Position numbers and translations under genes: made by a program
The notes under the pieces: generated by a model
What the model was told of the DNA's origin: nothing
The model's input: only the letters and a program-made list of their open reading frames with translations
The model's database searches: none
From: a candidate division WOR-3 bacterium
Lineage (GTDB): Bacteria > Hydrothermota > Tepidihabitantia > SM23-42
Direction of reading: 5' to 3'
NCBI GenBank assembly: GCA_029858255.1
Contig: JAOUFJ010000002.1
Coordinates: forward strand, 138,637-202,636
DNA: 64,000 bases
In this document: positions 10,952 through 21,158 of the stretch, piece by piece
Numbering within the stretch: the first letter of the stretch is position 1
Layout: each line of letters starts with the position of its first letter

Positions 10952-11863
10952 ATGCTGTATAATATCATATCCTATATCACGCGGGATCCAATGAGAAAAA
11001 TATTCGCTACTATATTCGCCTTCGGCCTATGGATATACGTGGCGATCGGCAACAACTACTCATATCAAAAGCAGATAAAGGTAGTGTACACCAACCTGTC
11101 TGACACTCTCATCATTGTAGATTCAGTGTCCAGTATCAAAGTGACTTTTTCCGGTCGTGGTGGTGCTCTTTTCAGTATATGGGCTGCTCCGCCAAAGGCA
11201 CAGTGTGACCTGAGGGAAAAGGAAAGCGGGCAATTTGAGATATCTACAAAAGACCTAAAAATACCAGTGGGCTACGGACCTCTCAGAGTTGATTTTGACA
11301 AACCTGCGTTAGCAGTATCAATTGATCGAAAGATCATGAAAACGATCGCGGTGCGAGTTCCGATAAAGGGTACTTTAAAAAAGGGATACGCGATCAGCGA
11401 TATGATCGTTCTTGATACAATAGACCTGACCGGCCCCCAAGAAGTGCTCGACCAGGTCAGTGAACTCATGACCGAGTCGCTGAATGTACGAAATCGAAGC
11501 ATTTCTTTCGAAAAAGACCTGAGACTTGAAATACCTTCCCCCATGCTTGACGTTAAGAAGAAAAGTGTCAAGGTAAAGACAATAATTAAAGAAAGCATGA
11601 GAAAGACGTTGACCGACATACCACTGGTCCTCATATACGCACCTGGACAAAGTGCAAGGTCAGAAAGAGATGCCCTCGATACTTTGATCGTTGAGGGTAC
11701 GACGGAGCGAATAAATCGACTATCGAATACTGACATCGAAGTTAGGGTCAAACTAACAAAGCTTGGGCCAGGCGAGTACCTGCTGCCAGCCGAGATTGAT
11801 CCACCCGAATATGTCACACCGGTGAAATCTGTTCCGCAAAAATTCAAGATCACGATCTACTGA
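10952..11863 (+). CDS. Hypothetical membrane-anchored/exported protein
   Basis: N-terminal TM 'IFATIFAFGLWIYVAI'. No recognisable motif. Confidence 0.35.
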   Translation: MLYNIISYITRDPMRKIFATIFAFGLWIYVAIGNNYSYQKQIKVVYTNLSDTLIIVDSVSSIKVTFSGRGGALFSIWAAPPKAQCDLREKESGQFEISTKDLKIPVGYGPLRVDFDKPALAVSIDRKIMKTIAVRVPIKGTLKKGYAISDMIVLDTIDLTGPQEVLDQVSELMTESLNVRNRSISFEKDLRLEIPSPMLDVKKKSVKVKTIIKESMRKTLTDIPLVLIYAPGQSARSERDALDTLIVEGTTERINRLSNTDIEVRVKLTKLGPGEYLLPAEIDPPEYVTPVKSVPQKFKITIY

Positions 11864-12023
11864 GAATACACACATATATTTCATAGATTCAGCCTAGACC
11901 CCAACACAGTATAGCTAGTTTGAATGCGAAAAGGGTATCTACTTTGCATCCCAGACCGGGGAAACTTGACATCCTTGGGTTTTGGATTATAATTTTGATG
12001 GAATTGTTGCCGCAATTACATTC

Positions 12024-12106
12024 GCGAGGATGGCGGAACAGGCAGACGCACTGGATTTAGGATCCAGCCCCGAACAGGGATGGGGGTTCAACTCCCCCTC
12101 CTCGCA
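12024..12106 (+). tRNA. tRNA-Leu (anticodon TAG), long variable arm, CCA not encoded
   Basis: Acceptor GCGAGGA/TCCTCGC. Anticodon stem CTGGA/TCCAG with loop TTTAGGA (anticodon UAG). T-arm GGGGG-TTCAACT-CCCCC. A long variable arm is consistent with Leu. Confidence 0.8.
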
Positions 12107-12124
12107 CATTGAGGAGAAAAATCT

Positions 12125-13336
12125 TTGGAATACAAAATATTGAAGGAAACAGATACAACTAAGGAAATCGAAATAACCGTTCCCCGCGCCGAGCTCGAAA
12201 GACTCATCAACGAGGAAACCGATAGTGTTCGCAAAGATCTGACTATCGATGGATTCCGCAAAGGCCGTGTCCCCAGAACTTTGATAAGAAGCAAGTATGC
12301 AGACAGTCTCAAAGCACAGGCCATGGATAGACTCGCCAGGCAGGCGTATCTCTCCGTTGTCAGAGAAAAAGAATGGCAGATCGCCGGGCAATCTGAAATC
12401 AGGAATATTGAAGATACCGACCCAATAAGCATCACACTCTACGTTGAAGTAATACCTGAATTTAATGTCGATAGCTACCTAAATATCGAAATTTTCAAAG
12501 AAGCACCTTCTCCTGATGATTTCCTTCTTCAACAGGGCATGAACGCATTGAGAGAGCAGCATGCAACAATAAAGGCGGTCGACCGACCGGCAGTGGTAGA
12601 CGACCTCGTAACAATGGACATAGAAATCAAGGAAAAAGGCAATTCCAGAAAGGAATCTGACCAGACCGTGCGAATAGGCGATCGTTCTCTTCCCGATGAA
12701 TTGAACAGAACGCTCGTTGGCATGAAAACATCAGAAAAAAAAGAGGTCAAGATCGAAGAAAAAGACTACGTGATTTCGGTCAAGAAAATCGAGGAGAAAA
12801 TCCAACCAAAGATCGATGATGAATTCGCCAGCAAACTGAAATTGGCCGATGCGGAAGAGCTCAAGAAGAAAATCCTCGAAAGCGTCAAGCAACAGGAAGA
12901 AAAAAGGATTGAAGAAGACTTGAAGGAGTCAATCTCTGAGATCCTTCTGGAAAGAATAAAATTCAAGGTGCCAGACACCCTGACAAATAAGGAATACGAA
13001 AAAATCCTCAAGGATTACGGTATTCCTGACTCCGAATCAAACAAGGAAAGATTCTGGACCGTTGCCGAAAAAAGGATACGATTTAATCTTATACTGAACA
13101 AAATCACTGCAAAAGAGAACCTCCAGGTAGGTGAACCAGAAATAATGGATCTTGTTACAAAGATTGGGATAAAGCTAAACGACCAGAACCGTAGCGATGT
13201 CGTTGAATATCTTGGCAGTCTTCTTAACAGGGAAAAAACACTGGACTTCCTCTATAAGAATGCCAAGATCAGTGAGAAGAGTCGCATTTTGACTCCAAAG
13301 GAGGTAGCTGATGATACCCATACCGTTCGTCATTGA
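12125..13336 (+). CDS. tig: Trigger factor (TTG start, RBS GAGGAG 8 nt upstream)
   Basis: 'DGFRKGRVP' N-terminal ribosome-binding signature region. Gene order tig-clpP-clpX. Confidence 0.85.
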   Translation: MEYKILKETDTTKEIEITVPRAELERLINEETDSVRKDLTIDGFRKGRVPRTLIRSKYADSLKAQAMDRLARQAYLSVVREKEWQIAGQSEIRNIEDTDPISITLYVEVIPEFNVDSYLNIEIFKEAPSPDDFLLQQGMNALREQHATIKAVDRPAVVDDLVTMDIEIKEKGNSRKESDQTVRIGDRSLPDELNRTLVGMKTSEKKEVKIEEKDYVISVKKIEEKIQPKIDDEFASKLKLADAEELKKKILESVKQQEEKRIEEDLKESISEILLERIKFKVPDTLTNKEYEKILKDYGIPDSESNKERFWTVAEKRIRFNLILNKITAKENLQVGEPEIMDLVTKIGIKLNDQNRSDVVEYLGSLLNREKTLDFLYKNAKISEKSRILTPKEVADDTHTVRH

Positions 13337-13898
13337 GCAAACCGGTCGGGGTGAGCGTGCATACGATATCTACTCCCGCCTTCTCAAAGAACGGATCATT
13401 TTCATCGGAACGCCGATAGATGATAATATCGCGAACCTAGTAATGGCTCAATTACTTTTCCTCGCAGCGGAGGATGCTGCAAAGGATATCAACCTCTACA
13501 TTAATTCGCCAGGAGGCATTGTCTCATCGGGATTGGCAGTATATGATACAATGCAATTCGTTAAGCCCCAAGTTTCGACGATATGTATTGGCATGGCGGC
13601 AAGCATGGCCGCACTGCTATTGACAGCTGGCGCCACCGGCAAAAGATATGCATTACCGCACGCACGAGTGATGATACATCAACCAGAGGGAGCCTTTCAG
13701 GGACAGGCATCAGATATTGCTATCCACGCAAAAGAAGTACTGACGATCAGGGAAGTATTGAACAACCTATTCGCGAAGCACACCGGGCAGACAGAGGACA
13801 AGATAGGCAAGGATACCGACCGCAACTACTTTATGTCTGCACTAGAAGCGAAGAAATATGGCATAATCGACGAGATCCTCGACAAGGGGAAACAATAA
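13311..13898 (+). CDS. clpP: ATP-dependent Clp protease proteolytic subunit
   Basis: 'IYINSPGG' and Ser-His-Asp context ('[11 protein letters not shown]', 'HQP'), typical ClpP. Confidence 0.9.
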   Translation: MIPIPFVIEQTGRGERAYDIYSRLLKERIIFIGTPIDDNIANLVMAQLLFLAAEDAAKDINLYINSPGGIVSSGLAVYDTMQFVKPQVSTICIGMAASMAALLLTAGATGKRYALPHARVMIHQPEGAFQGQASDIAIHAKEVLTIREVLNNLFAKHTGQTEDKIGKDTDRNYFMSALEAKKYGIIDEILDKGKQ

Positions 13899-15113
13899 GT
13901 GCCACGTATCGTTTGTTCGTTCTGTCAAAGACCAAAACCAGTGGTCAAAAGAATGTTTCGTGGTCACCGGTCTTATATTTGCGACGAGTGTATTAAGGTT
14001 TGCAGCAGTATCATGAAAGATGAGACAGAATTCTCCCCCCTGAGTGATTTTATTCTGCCGAAACCTGCTGAAATCAAATCTTTTCTTGATCAATACGTGA
14101 TCGGACAGGAAAGGGCAAAAAAGGCGATCTCGGTTTCAGTATATAATCACTACAAAAGGATCAAAAATAGGAAGAATGATATTGAAATACAGAAAAGCAA
14201 CATATTGCTGATGGGTCCCACCGGTACGGGTAAAACGCTTATCGCACAGACACTTGCCCGTTTACTGCATGTGCCTTTTTCCATCTCCGATGCGACACCG
14301 CTTACCGAAGCCGGTTATGTTGGCGAGGATGTTGAGAATATTCTGCTCCGGCTACTCCAGGCTGCGAACTACAATATACAAAACGCTGAGATCGGCATCA
14401 TTTACCTCGATGAGATCGACAAAATCACAAGAAAATCCGACTCGCCATCGATCACCAGGGATGTATCCGGCGAGGGCGTGCAGCAGGCTCTTCTAAAAAT
14501 CCTCGAAGGCACGGAAGCTAACGTTCCCCCGCAAGGAGGAAGGAAACATCCTGAACAGGAGTACATCCGGATCAACACATCTAATATATTATTCATCCTG
14601 GGCGGGACATTCACGGGTATCGAGGAAACAATCTCGAGGAGACTCGACCGCTCGGCCATGGGATTTTTGGGTATAACAAATGACAGAAAAAACAACTACG
14701 ACCAGGTTATCGAATCTATAGAACCGGATGACCTGGTGAAGTACGGATTGCTTCCGGAATTCGTAGGACGGGTCCCCGTGATTGCTACTCTCCACAAGTT
14801 GTCAAAGGATGCACTGGCTGAAATCCTCGTCAAGCCAAAGAACTCCTTGCTGAGACAGTATTCAAGATATTTCCAGATGGAAGGCGTGGTCCTCGAATTT
14901 ACCGACGATGCGATCGATGAACTAACTGAACAAGCACTGAAGTATAACACAGGAGCAAGAGCTCTAAGGTCAATAATGGAAAATCATATGCTGGACGTAA
15001 TGTTCCATCTTCCTGATAAGAAGGGTGTTGAGAAGTGCATCATCACACGCGAGGTCCTGCAACGAAAAGCAAACCCGGAATACATTGCGAAGAAAAGGAA
15101 AAAAGCACTATGA
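13899..15113 (+). CDS. clpX: ATP-dependent Clp protease ATP-binding subunit ClpX
   Basis: N-terminal C4 zinc finger 'CSFC...CDEC'. Walker A 'GPTGTGKT'. Follows clpP. Confidence 0.9.
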   Translation: MPRIVCSFCQRPKPVVKRMFRGHRSYICDECIKVCSSIMKDETEFSPLSDFILPKPAEIKSFLDQYVIGQERAKKAISVSVYNHYKRIKNRKNDIEIQKSNILLMGPTGTGKTLIAQTLARLLHVPFSISDATPLTEAGYVGEDVENILLRLLQAANYNIQNAEIGIIYLDEIDKITRKSDSPSITRDVSGEGVQQALLKILEGTEANVPPQGGRKHPEQEYIRINTSNILFILGGTFTGIEETISRRLDRSAMGFLGITNDRKNNYDQVIESIEPDDLVKYGLLPEFVGRVPVIATLHKLSKDALAEILVKPKNSLLRQYSRYFQMEGVVLEFTDDAIDELTEQALKYNTGARALRSIMENHMLDVMFHLPDKKGVEKCIITREVLQRKANPEYIAKKRKKAL

Positions 15114-15853
15114 ACATCTTCATGCCGCTCTATCTCAAACTGAGTAAGAAAAGGTTTTACCGCCCTTTTAAACCCCTCGGGACAAAGAAAAAATTGTGGC
15201 ACCTGGTATCTGTCCCCGGAAGCCCTGCGGAATTCTTCAGAGCGACGCCTTTTCTGGTAGGTCTGAGCAAGATTGGAAGTGTCGTTATGTTGATGCCAAA
15301 GAACCTTGAAACCATACGATCGTTTATGAAAACGAAACAATTCGAAATAATTCTATACGAGAAGAAACCGTCCCTCTTCTCAGAGGATTATAAACGCGTG
15401 GCCGTACAACTTGGTAACCGACATTTCCATTTTCTCATCGAACTGAACCAACCGGCGAACGTATCACTGCCCTACCTCGGCAATATCCAGAGGAGGGTAT
15501 CATTCTTTGACAAAAACATCTTTCCTTATTACAACATCCTTGTAAAAGACAGCTATACATCCTTGCTGGAATTTTTTGACATTGAATCAACAAATGGTCA
15601 AGAAATGTTCCACTTTTACAGCCGTGAACTGAAAACAACCGAAAAGAACATCCATAAATCACGTCCGTTACTATTCATCAACGAAGCCACCCCGATTGAT
15701 TGGGATGGTGGTAGCATTATCGTCGGAAAAGACATAATGCCCGATGATCCAGAAATCTGGAAGGTTTTGTATATCGCCGACGCCTATTATGGTAAGCAGG
15801 ATGCTTTCTACGAATTTGCTTTGCTACATAACAAGGAAATAGTGAAGAAGTAG
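15110..15853 (+). CDS. Hypothetical protein (start moved to ATG 15110; the ORF-track N-terminus overlaps clpX)
   Basis: ATGA overlap with the clpX stop. No clear motif. Confidence 0.4.
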   Translation: MNIFMPLYLKLSKKRFYRPFKPLGTKKKLWHLVSVPGSPAEFFRATPFLVGLSKIGSVVMLMPKNLETIRSFMKTKQFEIILYEKKPSLFSEDYKRVAVQLGNRHFHFLIELNQPANVSLPYLGNIQRRVSFFDKNIFPYYNILVKDSYTSLLEFFDIESTNGQEMFHFYSRELKTTEKNIHKSRPLLFINEATPIDWDGGSIIVGKDIMPDDPEIWKVLYIADAYYGKQDAFYEFALLHNKEIVKK

Positions 15854-15856
15854 ATC

Positions 15857-17014
15857 ATGATAATCAGACACCGCTTGAGTTCAAGAGCCCTGGCAATATA
15901 CTTCCTGATCGGCATTGCACTCATAGGCATCGTTACTTACATTTATTCGAACTACCTGATTCAGCGCATAAGAACGGAAACGGAAACGACTTCACGCCTC
16001 TTCGCAGAATTTGCACGTGGACCCAGTATCGACGAAGAGCGTCTTCTGGAGCTATTCTACGAAATGGTTATCAAGCGGATCGATTTTCCCGTGATACTGA
16101 CCGATGCCGAAGGGACACCCTATTCATCCAAGAATGTAGAAGAAAAAGACCTGGACAAAGCCGTGGAGAAGCTGGATCGCGTGCAAAGACCAATCCCCAT
16201 GGTGATCCGACAGGGTGCAGATTCGACACTACTCGGCCACGTGCACTGGGGATTGTCCCCCTTCACCAAATCACTGCAGATCCTGCCATTTGTTGAAACC
16301 GTATTTCTGATAGCTTTTCTCTTTCTTGGCTTTTGGGGCTATCTGATTTACCGCAAGAGCATCGAAGAAAAAATTTGGAATTCCCTCGCAAAAGAAACGG
16401 CTCATCAACTGGCAACACCTTTGTCTTCGCTCATTGGCTGGCTTGAGACGATAAAAGGAAACATAGATATTGAGGTATACAAGGGGATTCATGAAGACGC
16501 TATGCGGATGCGTGAAGTTCTCGAGAAATTCTCCCGTATCGGTCTCCCGCCGCGATTAGTTGAGAAAGACCCAACCGACGCGGTGAAAAACTCGGTGGAC
16601 TACATAAGGAGACGTGCCCATTCAAAAATAAAATTCACCGAGAAATACGGACGATTGCCCGCAGTCAGATTCGATGATGTTCTACTTGGATGGGCAATAG
16701 AAAATATTTTGAAAAACGGGTTGGATGCAATTGGTGACCAGTCCGGTGAAATATCAATTAAAACCAGAAAATATGAAACTTCTGGAGCGATTATCGAGAT
16801 AACGGACACTGGGAGGGGCATCAAAAGCAGCGGGAACATATTCAAACCGGGTTATACGACGAAGAAGTACGGGTGGGGACTGGGTCTGGTTCTTACAAAG
16901 AGGATCATCGAGGAATACCACGAAGGAAAATTATCTCTAAAGGAAACAAGTTCAAAGGGAACATGTTTTGAAATCTACATACCGGGAGTGAAAAATGAAA
17001 ATTCTTTGGATTGA
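15857..17014 (+). CDS. Sensor histidine kinase (2 TM plus HisKA/HATPase), PorY-like partner of the downstream PorX-like regulator
   Basis: H-box 'HQLATPLSSLIGW'. G-boxes 'DTGRGI...GWGLGL'. Overlaps the regulator gene by 20 nt (translational coupling). Confidence 0.7.
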   Translation: MIIRHRLSSRALAIYFLIGIALIGIVTYIYSNYLIQRIRTETETTSRLFAEFARGPSIDEERLLELFYEMVIKRIDFPVILTDAEGTPYSSKNVEEKDLDKAVEKLDRVQRPIPMVIRQGADSTLLGHVHWGLSPFTKSLQILPFVETVFLIAFLFLGFWGYLIYRKSIEEKIWNSLAKETAHQLATPLSSLIGWLETIKGNIDIEVYKGIHEDAMRMREVLEKFSRIGLPPRLVEKDPTDAVKNSVDYIRRRAHSKIKFTEKYGRLPAVRFDDVLLGWAIENILKNGLDAIGDQSGEISIKTRKYETSGAIIEITDTGRGIKSSGNIFKPGYTTKKYGWGLGLVLTKRIIEEYHEGKLSLKETSSKGTCFEIYIPGVKNENSLD

Positions 17015-18503
17015 TGACGAAATAGATCTGCTGAAACCATTCATCTACCTCCTGCAGAAAGAGGGCTACGAGGTGAAAACAGCACCCAGCGGAGAAGACG
17101 GTGTGAATATGGCAAACAAGGAACAATTTGACCTGATTTTCTTAGATGAAATAATGCCCGGAGTTGACGGTCTGGAGGTGCTTAGAAAAATAAAAAGCGA
17201 GAGCTCACAACAACTCGTTGTAATGGTTACAAAAAGCGAAGAAGAAGATCTGATGACTCAGGCATATGGCGGTTGGGTCGATGACTATATAACAAAACCA
17301 TTCAGTTTCAACCAGTTACTTTCAGTATTGAATCGCACATTAAAACGCCGCGTGATTATCGAAGAAAAAATGGCGGAAGAGTATTCAACCCAGCTACGGA
17401 CAATGATAGAACCGACCGGATATAGCGACTGGATTGAATATTATCGAAATATTGTATCATGGGACACGCGCCTTTTAGAATTCGGAAGCAAAGATCTTAA
17501 GACGATCCATGAGGAGAAAAAACGGGAAGGCAACGCCGGCTTCGCCAAATTCATTGAGAGCCAGTACTCCAGTTTTCTCAAAGGCAAAGGACCCATCTTG
17601 TCTCACCAGATCTTCTCGCACCTTGTTTTTCCTACATTAAACGACGGGCCAATCTACTTTGTAATCTTTGATTCGATGCGCCTCGACCAGTACATGAAGT
17701 TGATCCCCTTTCTGAAAGACTACTATGAGATAAACAATCACTACTACTATTCGATACTGCCGACTGCCACACCGTACTCAAGGAACTCTATATTCGCAGG
17801 ATTGCTGCCTCTCGATATTGTACAGCTGTATCCTCAATACTGGACTTACGATGAGAAAGGGCAGAACAGATTCGAACGCGATCTGTTCAATGAGCAATTG
17901 AAGCGCAACAACTTACGGGTTAATTTCTCCTTCTACAAACTATCGTCAATTTCCGAAATAGAGAGAAGCATTGAAAAAATAAAGGGAGAATCAACCGAGA
18001 TAGTCATCATAGTCATTAACTTCTTTGACATGCTTATCCATTCCATTCCCGGCAGAGGCGATATGAAAGGTATACTTGACGATGAACGTGTACTGCTGAA
18101 TATACTGGCATATTGGTTCCCCCTGTCGCCGATTTTCGAATTATTCAAGAGTCTACTGGTCAATGATAGGAGGGTCATACTGACCACCGACCATGGTTTC
18201 ATAAGGGTGCGCCGGCCTACCATTATCTACGGGGGACGCGAGATATCGCCAAACCTTCGCTACAAATACGGCCCGGCTTTGAGGGTAGACAAGAAAACTG
18301 CGTTGCTCCTGAACAGTCCAGGAGACATCTGCTTGCCGAGTGAAGATCCTTCGGTCCGATTTGCCATTGCCAAAGAAGATCACTACTTCATCTATCCAAC
18401 GAAGCCGACCGAGTACGAAAGGGAATTCAAGTACACATTCCAGCACGGCGGTATATCCACCGAGGAAATGATCCTTCCGGTAGGAATACTGAAACCAAGA
18501 TAA
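16995..18503 (+). CDS. Response regulator with CheY-like receiver and C-terminal PglZ/alkaline-phosphatase-superfamily domain (PorX-like T9SS regulator)
   Basis: Receiver 'KILWIDDEIDLL...DLIFLDEIMPG'. The 350-aa C-terminal domain resembles PglZ, as in Porphyromonas PorX. Confidence 0.7.
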   Translation: MKILWIDDEIDLLKPFIYLLQKEGYEVKTAPSGEDGVNMANKEQFDLIFLDEIMPGVDGLEVLRKIKSESSQQLVVMVTKSEEEDLMTQAYGGWVDDYITKPFSFNQLLSVLNRTLKRRVIIEEKMAEEYSTQLRTMIEPTGYSDWIEYYRNIVSWDTRLLEFGSKDLKTIHEEKKREGNAGFAKFIESQYSSFLKGKGPILSHQIFSHLVFPTLNDGPIYFVIFDSMRLDQYMKLIPFLKDYYEINNHYYYSILPTATPYSRNSIFAGLLPLDIVQLYPQYWTYDEKGQNRFERDLFNEQLKRNNLRVNFSFYKLSSISEIERSIEKIKGESTEIVIIVINFFDMLIHSIPGRGDMKGILDDERVLLNILAYWFPLSPIFELFKSLLVNDRRVILTTDHGFIRVRRPTIIYGGREISPNLRYKYGPALRVDKKTALLLNSPGDICLPSEDPSVRFAIAKEDHYFIYPTKPTEYEREFKYTFQHGGISTEEMILPVGILKPR

Positions 18504-18588
18504 ACAGATCGTTACACGGATAATGGTTTCGAAAAACGAATCGGACAACGGCATCGTCTGACGTCTCACGGCACAATAACACACCGCC

Positions 18589-18632
18589 AGTTTCGTTAAT
18601 CTCGTTAGTATCGTTATTCCCGTTGGAAAACC
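18589..18632. repeat. Family A intergenic repeat ('CGTTAATCTCGTTA...ATCGTTATTCCCG') inside a 540-bp gene-free convergent intergenic region
   Basis: Shares a 35-40 nt motif with 35779-35820 and 60204-60242. An inverted copy is at 60385-60420. Confidence 0.55.
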
Positions 18633-18867
18633 GGATCTCGATTCACGATATTGAACCTGCACGTATCTAGTATCTTTCACTACCTGAAGTAATACGAATA
18701 CGAAATACGATCAACGATTACGAAACCGTATCGCTTCTCCGAACCGTCAAGCGTTACACGATTCGTTTTGAACGTCCCGACCCAACAACCATCTGCGTCA
18801 TTATTGGTGCCGATTATATCTGGCTCCCCATGCGCCACGATATTAACGGGCAAAACGTCGTTGTTTA

Positions 18868-18935
18868 TGTCATTTGTATTTAAGATTTTGAATTTGTTTA
18901 GTAATTCGATATTAGGATTTCGGATTTGAGGTCCC
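18868..18935. repeat. Dispersed AT-rich intergenic repeat, family B, copy 1
   Basis: 'CATTTGTATTTAAGATTTTGAATTTGTTTAGTAATTCGATATTAGGATTTCGGATTTGAGG'. Compare 28903, 46755 and 58062. Confidence 0.6.
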
Positions 18936-19042
18936 GGGTTTCGTTACCGTAACCGCCCAATGTCGCCTGTCAAAAATGTGGGGTCTCTACCGGAGGGCGA
19001 AATATCAAATTACCAAAAAAATAAAGTAGAGACCCCGATTTT

Positions 19043-21112
19043 CTATTCTGGAGCAAAAGTGAAAGGAATTGACACCCTCTGTTCAAAAGAAGTGCCGTCT
19101 TTCGTAGCAGGATTGAATTCCCACTGACGGGCGGCAGCCAGTGCAGCCTGCTCACACGCTGGATTGCCAAAACTCTTGATGATTGTAGCATCCTTGACCG
19201 ACCCGTTAGTACCAACGAGAACTCGTACAACAATCGTACCAGAAGCTGCAAACTCGAGAGCGGCAGCAGGATACTTGGGCTGGACGCGCCTGACAGCCTC
19301 CGCACGTGTGATGACGGAAGGTTTAGGAGGTGCGGGCGGCAGCTCGGCCACAAGCGACGCGGACCCGGTATCGGCAACCGCTGTATCACTTTGTGCTGCT
19401 GCCTCAAGAAGTCTCTCAGGTGCGATCACTGAAGGCGGTTCCTCCCTGGCCGTTCCTGTGGTTTCGAGGACAGCTGGCAGAGATGTAACACCCGACGTCC
19501 CTTCTGTTGACGTCTCGGTTGGAGGAATTGCCGATGCCAGGCTGACTCTACGTTCTGCTTCAGGGATCCAATACTCGGTTGCGTTCGCCAATCGCACCTC
19601 ATGGTCAATACCCCTTACTCGCTTGTAAGTCGCGGCGATCCTGTCAGGTACTACAAGAAAAGAATAGGGTTGTTCCTCATAAACGACCTTCTGGAACTCA
19701 TTCCAGACGGCTCTTGCCTTATTACGATCCAGCATGGAAATGCCTGCATCGATTAATGAATCTACAAGCGCGTTGGAATAGGACACAAGGTTATACCGAC
19801 CTTTTGAATGCCAATACAGGGTCGGGTCGATTTTATCACCGACGCGCCAGCCCATCACGAAACCATCGAATTGCCTGTCCACAAGAACGTTCACAAAATC
19901 ATTTGCCGCGAGTGTCTGCGTAATCACTCTTATACCAATCTTCTGCAGATCATCTGCAATGTAGCGCAATATGGCGAGTCGGTCAGGGTTTTCCGAGTTG
20001 GTGATGATTCTGACCGTAAAGTCCGTTCGATCCTTGTCAATTACCCTATTACGATTGTAGTCCACGAAACCCTGTTCCCGCAATAGAGAACGGGCTCCTT
20101 CTATATCATAGATAATAGGATGAACTTCAGAATTATATGCCCACGACGATGGGGGTAACGGTCCCAATGAAATCTCCCCCCTACTGCCGTAGATGTCGCT
20201 CAGTATCCGCTGTCTGTCAATAGCCATCGCTAATGCCTTACGCACGCGCACATCCTTCAGAAACGGATGAGTCAGGTTCCATCCAATATAAAGATAGGAA
20301 CTACCAGGTTCAGAATAGATACCGACATTATCATTATTCCTAATTGCTTCTGCAGTACTGGGTGTAATATTAAACATCATTTCCAGATCGCCGTCCCGAA
20401 AATCTTCCAGCATTTCATTTGTGCTCCTGTAATGCCTGATCCGTATCTCATCTAGGGGTGGCCGGCCGTCATAATAGGTTTCGTTGGCAACCAGTATCAT
20501 CACTGAACCCCGAACCCATTCTTCCACACGATAAGGTCCATTACCAGTAGGCGATGCACCGAACTCACTACCGAGTTGTTCGTTGATATGTCTGGGCACT
20601 GGCATGATGTCCGAATCAGTCAAAATATCCGCGTATACCTTGTCAAATGTGAATTTTATCGCGTAATCACCGAGCACCTCAACCTTATTAATAAAACGGA
20701 GCGCATTGATATTCGGATAATTATTCGAGGGCTCCTTCATCTGCTCGTAAGTGTAGAGCACATCATACGCTGTCACCGGTTCCCCATCCCACCATTCAAC
20801 ACCTTTTCTTAAATAATACGTAATTGATTTCAAGTCTTCCGAAAATTCCCATGACTCAGCAAGAACTGGCCTCATTTTGCCGGTTCCCGGATCGATCTCA
20901 TGGAGGCGCAAGAAAAGTAAGTCGAGGATTTCATTGGACGTGAATACCGACGGTTCAAGCGGACTGATTACCGCAGGGATTTCCATAGTACCTACAGTCA
21001 AAATTCCACCGGGCTCACCGTCGAATCTTTCGACCTTACCCTGGCAGGAAAAAAACACGAATACAAGAAGCACAGTGGCAATTGGCAAACGTCGCATATC
21101 AGCCTCCTTCAT
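19043..21112 (-). CDS. Lipoprotein fusion: signal peptide with lipobox, family-5 solute-binding domain (SBP_bac_5, oligopeptide-type), Pro/Ala-rich linker and TonB C-terminal domain
   Basis: N-terminus 'LLVFVFFSC'. C-terminus 'PPAPPKPS...VQPKYPAAALEFAASGTIVVRVLVGTNGSVKDATIIKSFGNPACEQAALAAARQWEFNPA' matches the TonB_C consensus. Confidence 0.65.
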   Translation of the reverse strand: MKEADMRRLPIATVLLVFVFFSCQGKVERFDGEPGGILTVGTMEIPAVISPLEPSVFTSNEILDLLFLRLHEIDPGTGKMRPVLAESWEFSEDLKSITYYLRKGVEWWDGEPVTAYDVLYTYEQMKEPSNNYPNINALRFINKVEVLGDYAIKFTFDKVYADILTDSDIMPVPRHINEQLGSEFGASPTGNGPYRVEEWVRGSVMILVANETYYDGRPPLDEIRIRHYRSTNEMLEDFRDGDLEMMFNITPSTAEAIRNNDNVGIYSEPGSSYLYIGWNLTHPFLKDVRVRKALAMAIDRQRILSDIYGSRGEISLGPLPPSSWAYNSEVHPIIYDIEGARSLLREQGFVDYNRNRVIDKDRTDFTVRIITNSENPDRLAILRYIADDLQKIGIRVITQTLAANDFVNVLVDRQFDGFVMGWRVGDKIDPTLYWHSKGRYNLVSYSNALVDSLIDAGISMLDRNKARAVWNEFQKVVYEEQPYSFLVVPDRIAATYKRVRGIDHEVRLANATEYWIPEAERRVSLASAIPPTETSTEGTSGVTSLPAVLETTGTAREEPPSVIAPERLLEAAAQSDTAVADTGSASLVAELPPAPPKPSVITRAEAVRRVQPKYPAAALEFAASGTIVVRVLVGTNGSVKDATIIKSFGNPACEQAALAAARQWEFNPATKDGTSFEQRVSIPFTFAPE

Positions 21113-21158
21113 CCTATCTAATCAAATTATATTGGGGATATGAATTATGTCAAGAGAC

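Noticed and set aside
11987-12435. ORFs 11987..12391(-) and 12088..12435(-)
   Set aside because: They overlap tRNA-Leu and run antisense to tig.
12024-15113. tRNA-Leu followed by tig-clpP-clpX as something unusual
   Set aside because: This is a widely conserved housekeeping arrangement and nothing anomalous was seen.
19164-19628. ORF 19164..19628(+) and the other + ORFs across 19.1-21.1 kb
   Set aside because: Antisense to the SBP-TonB_C fusion gene. The TonB_C-encoding frame is the minus strand.
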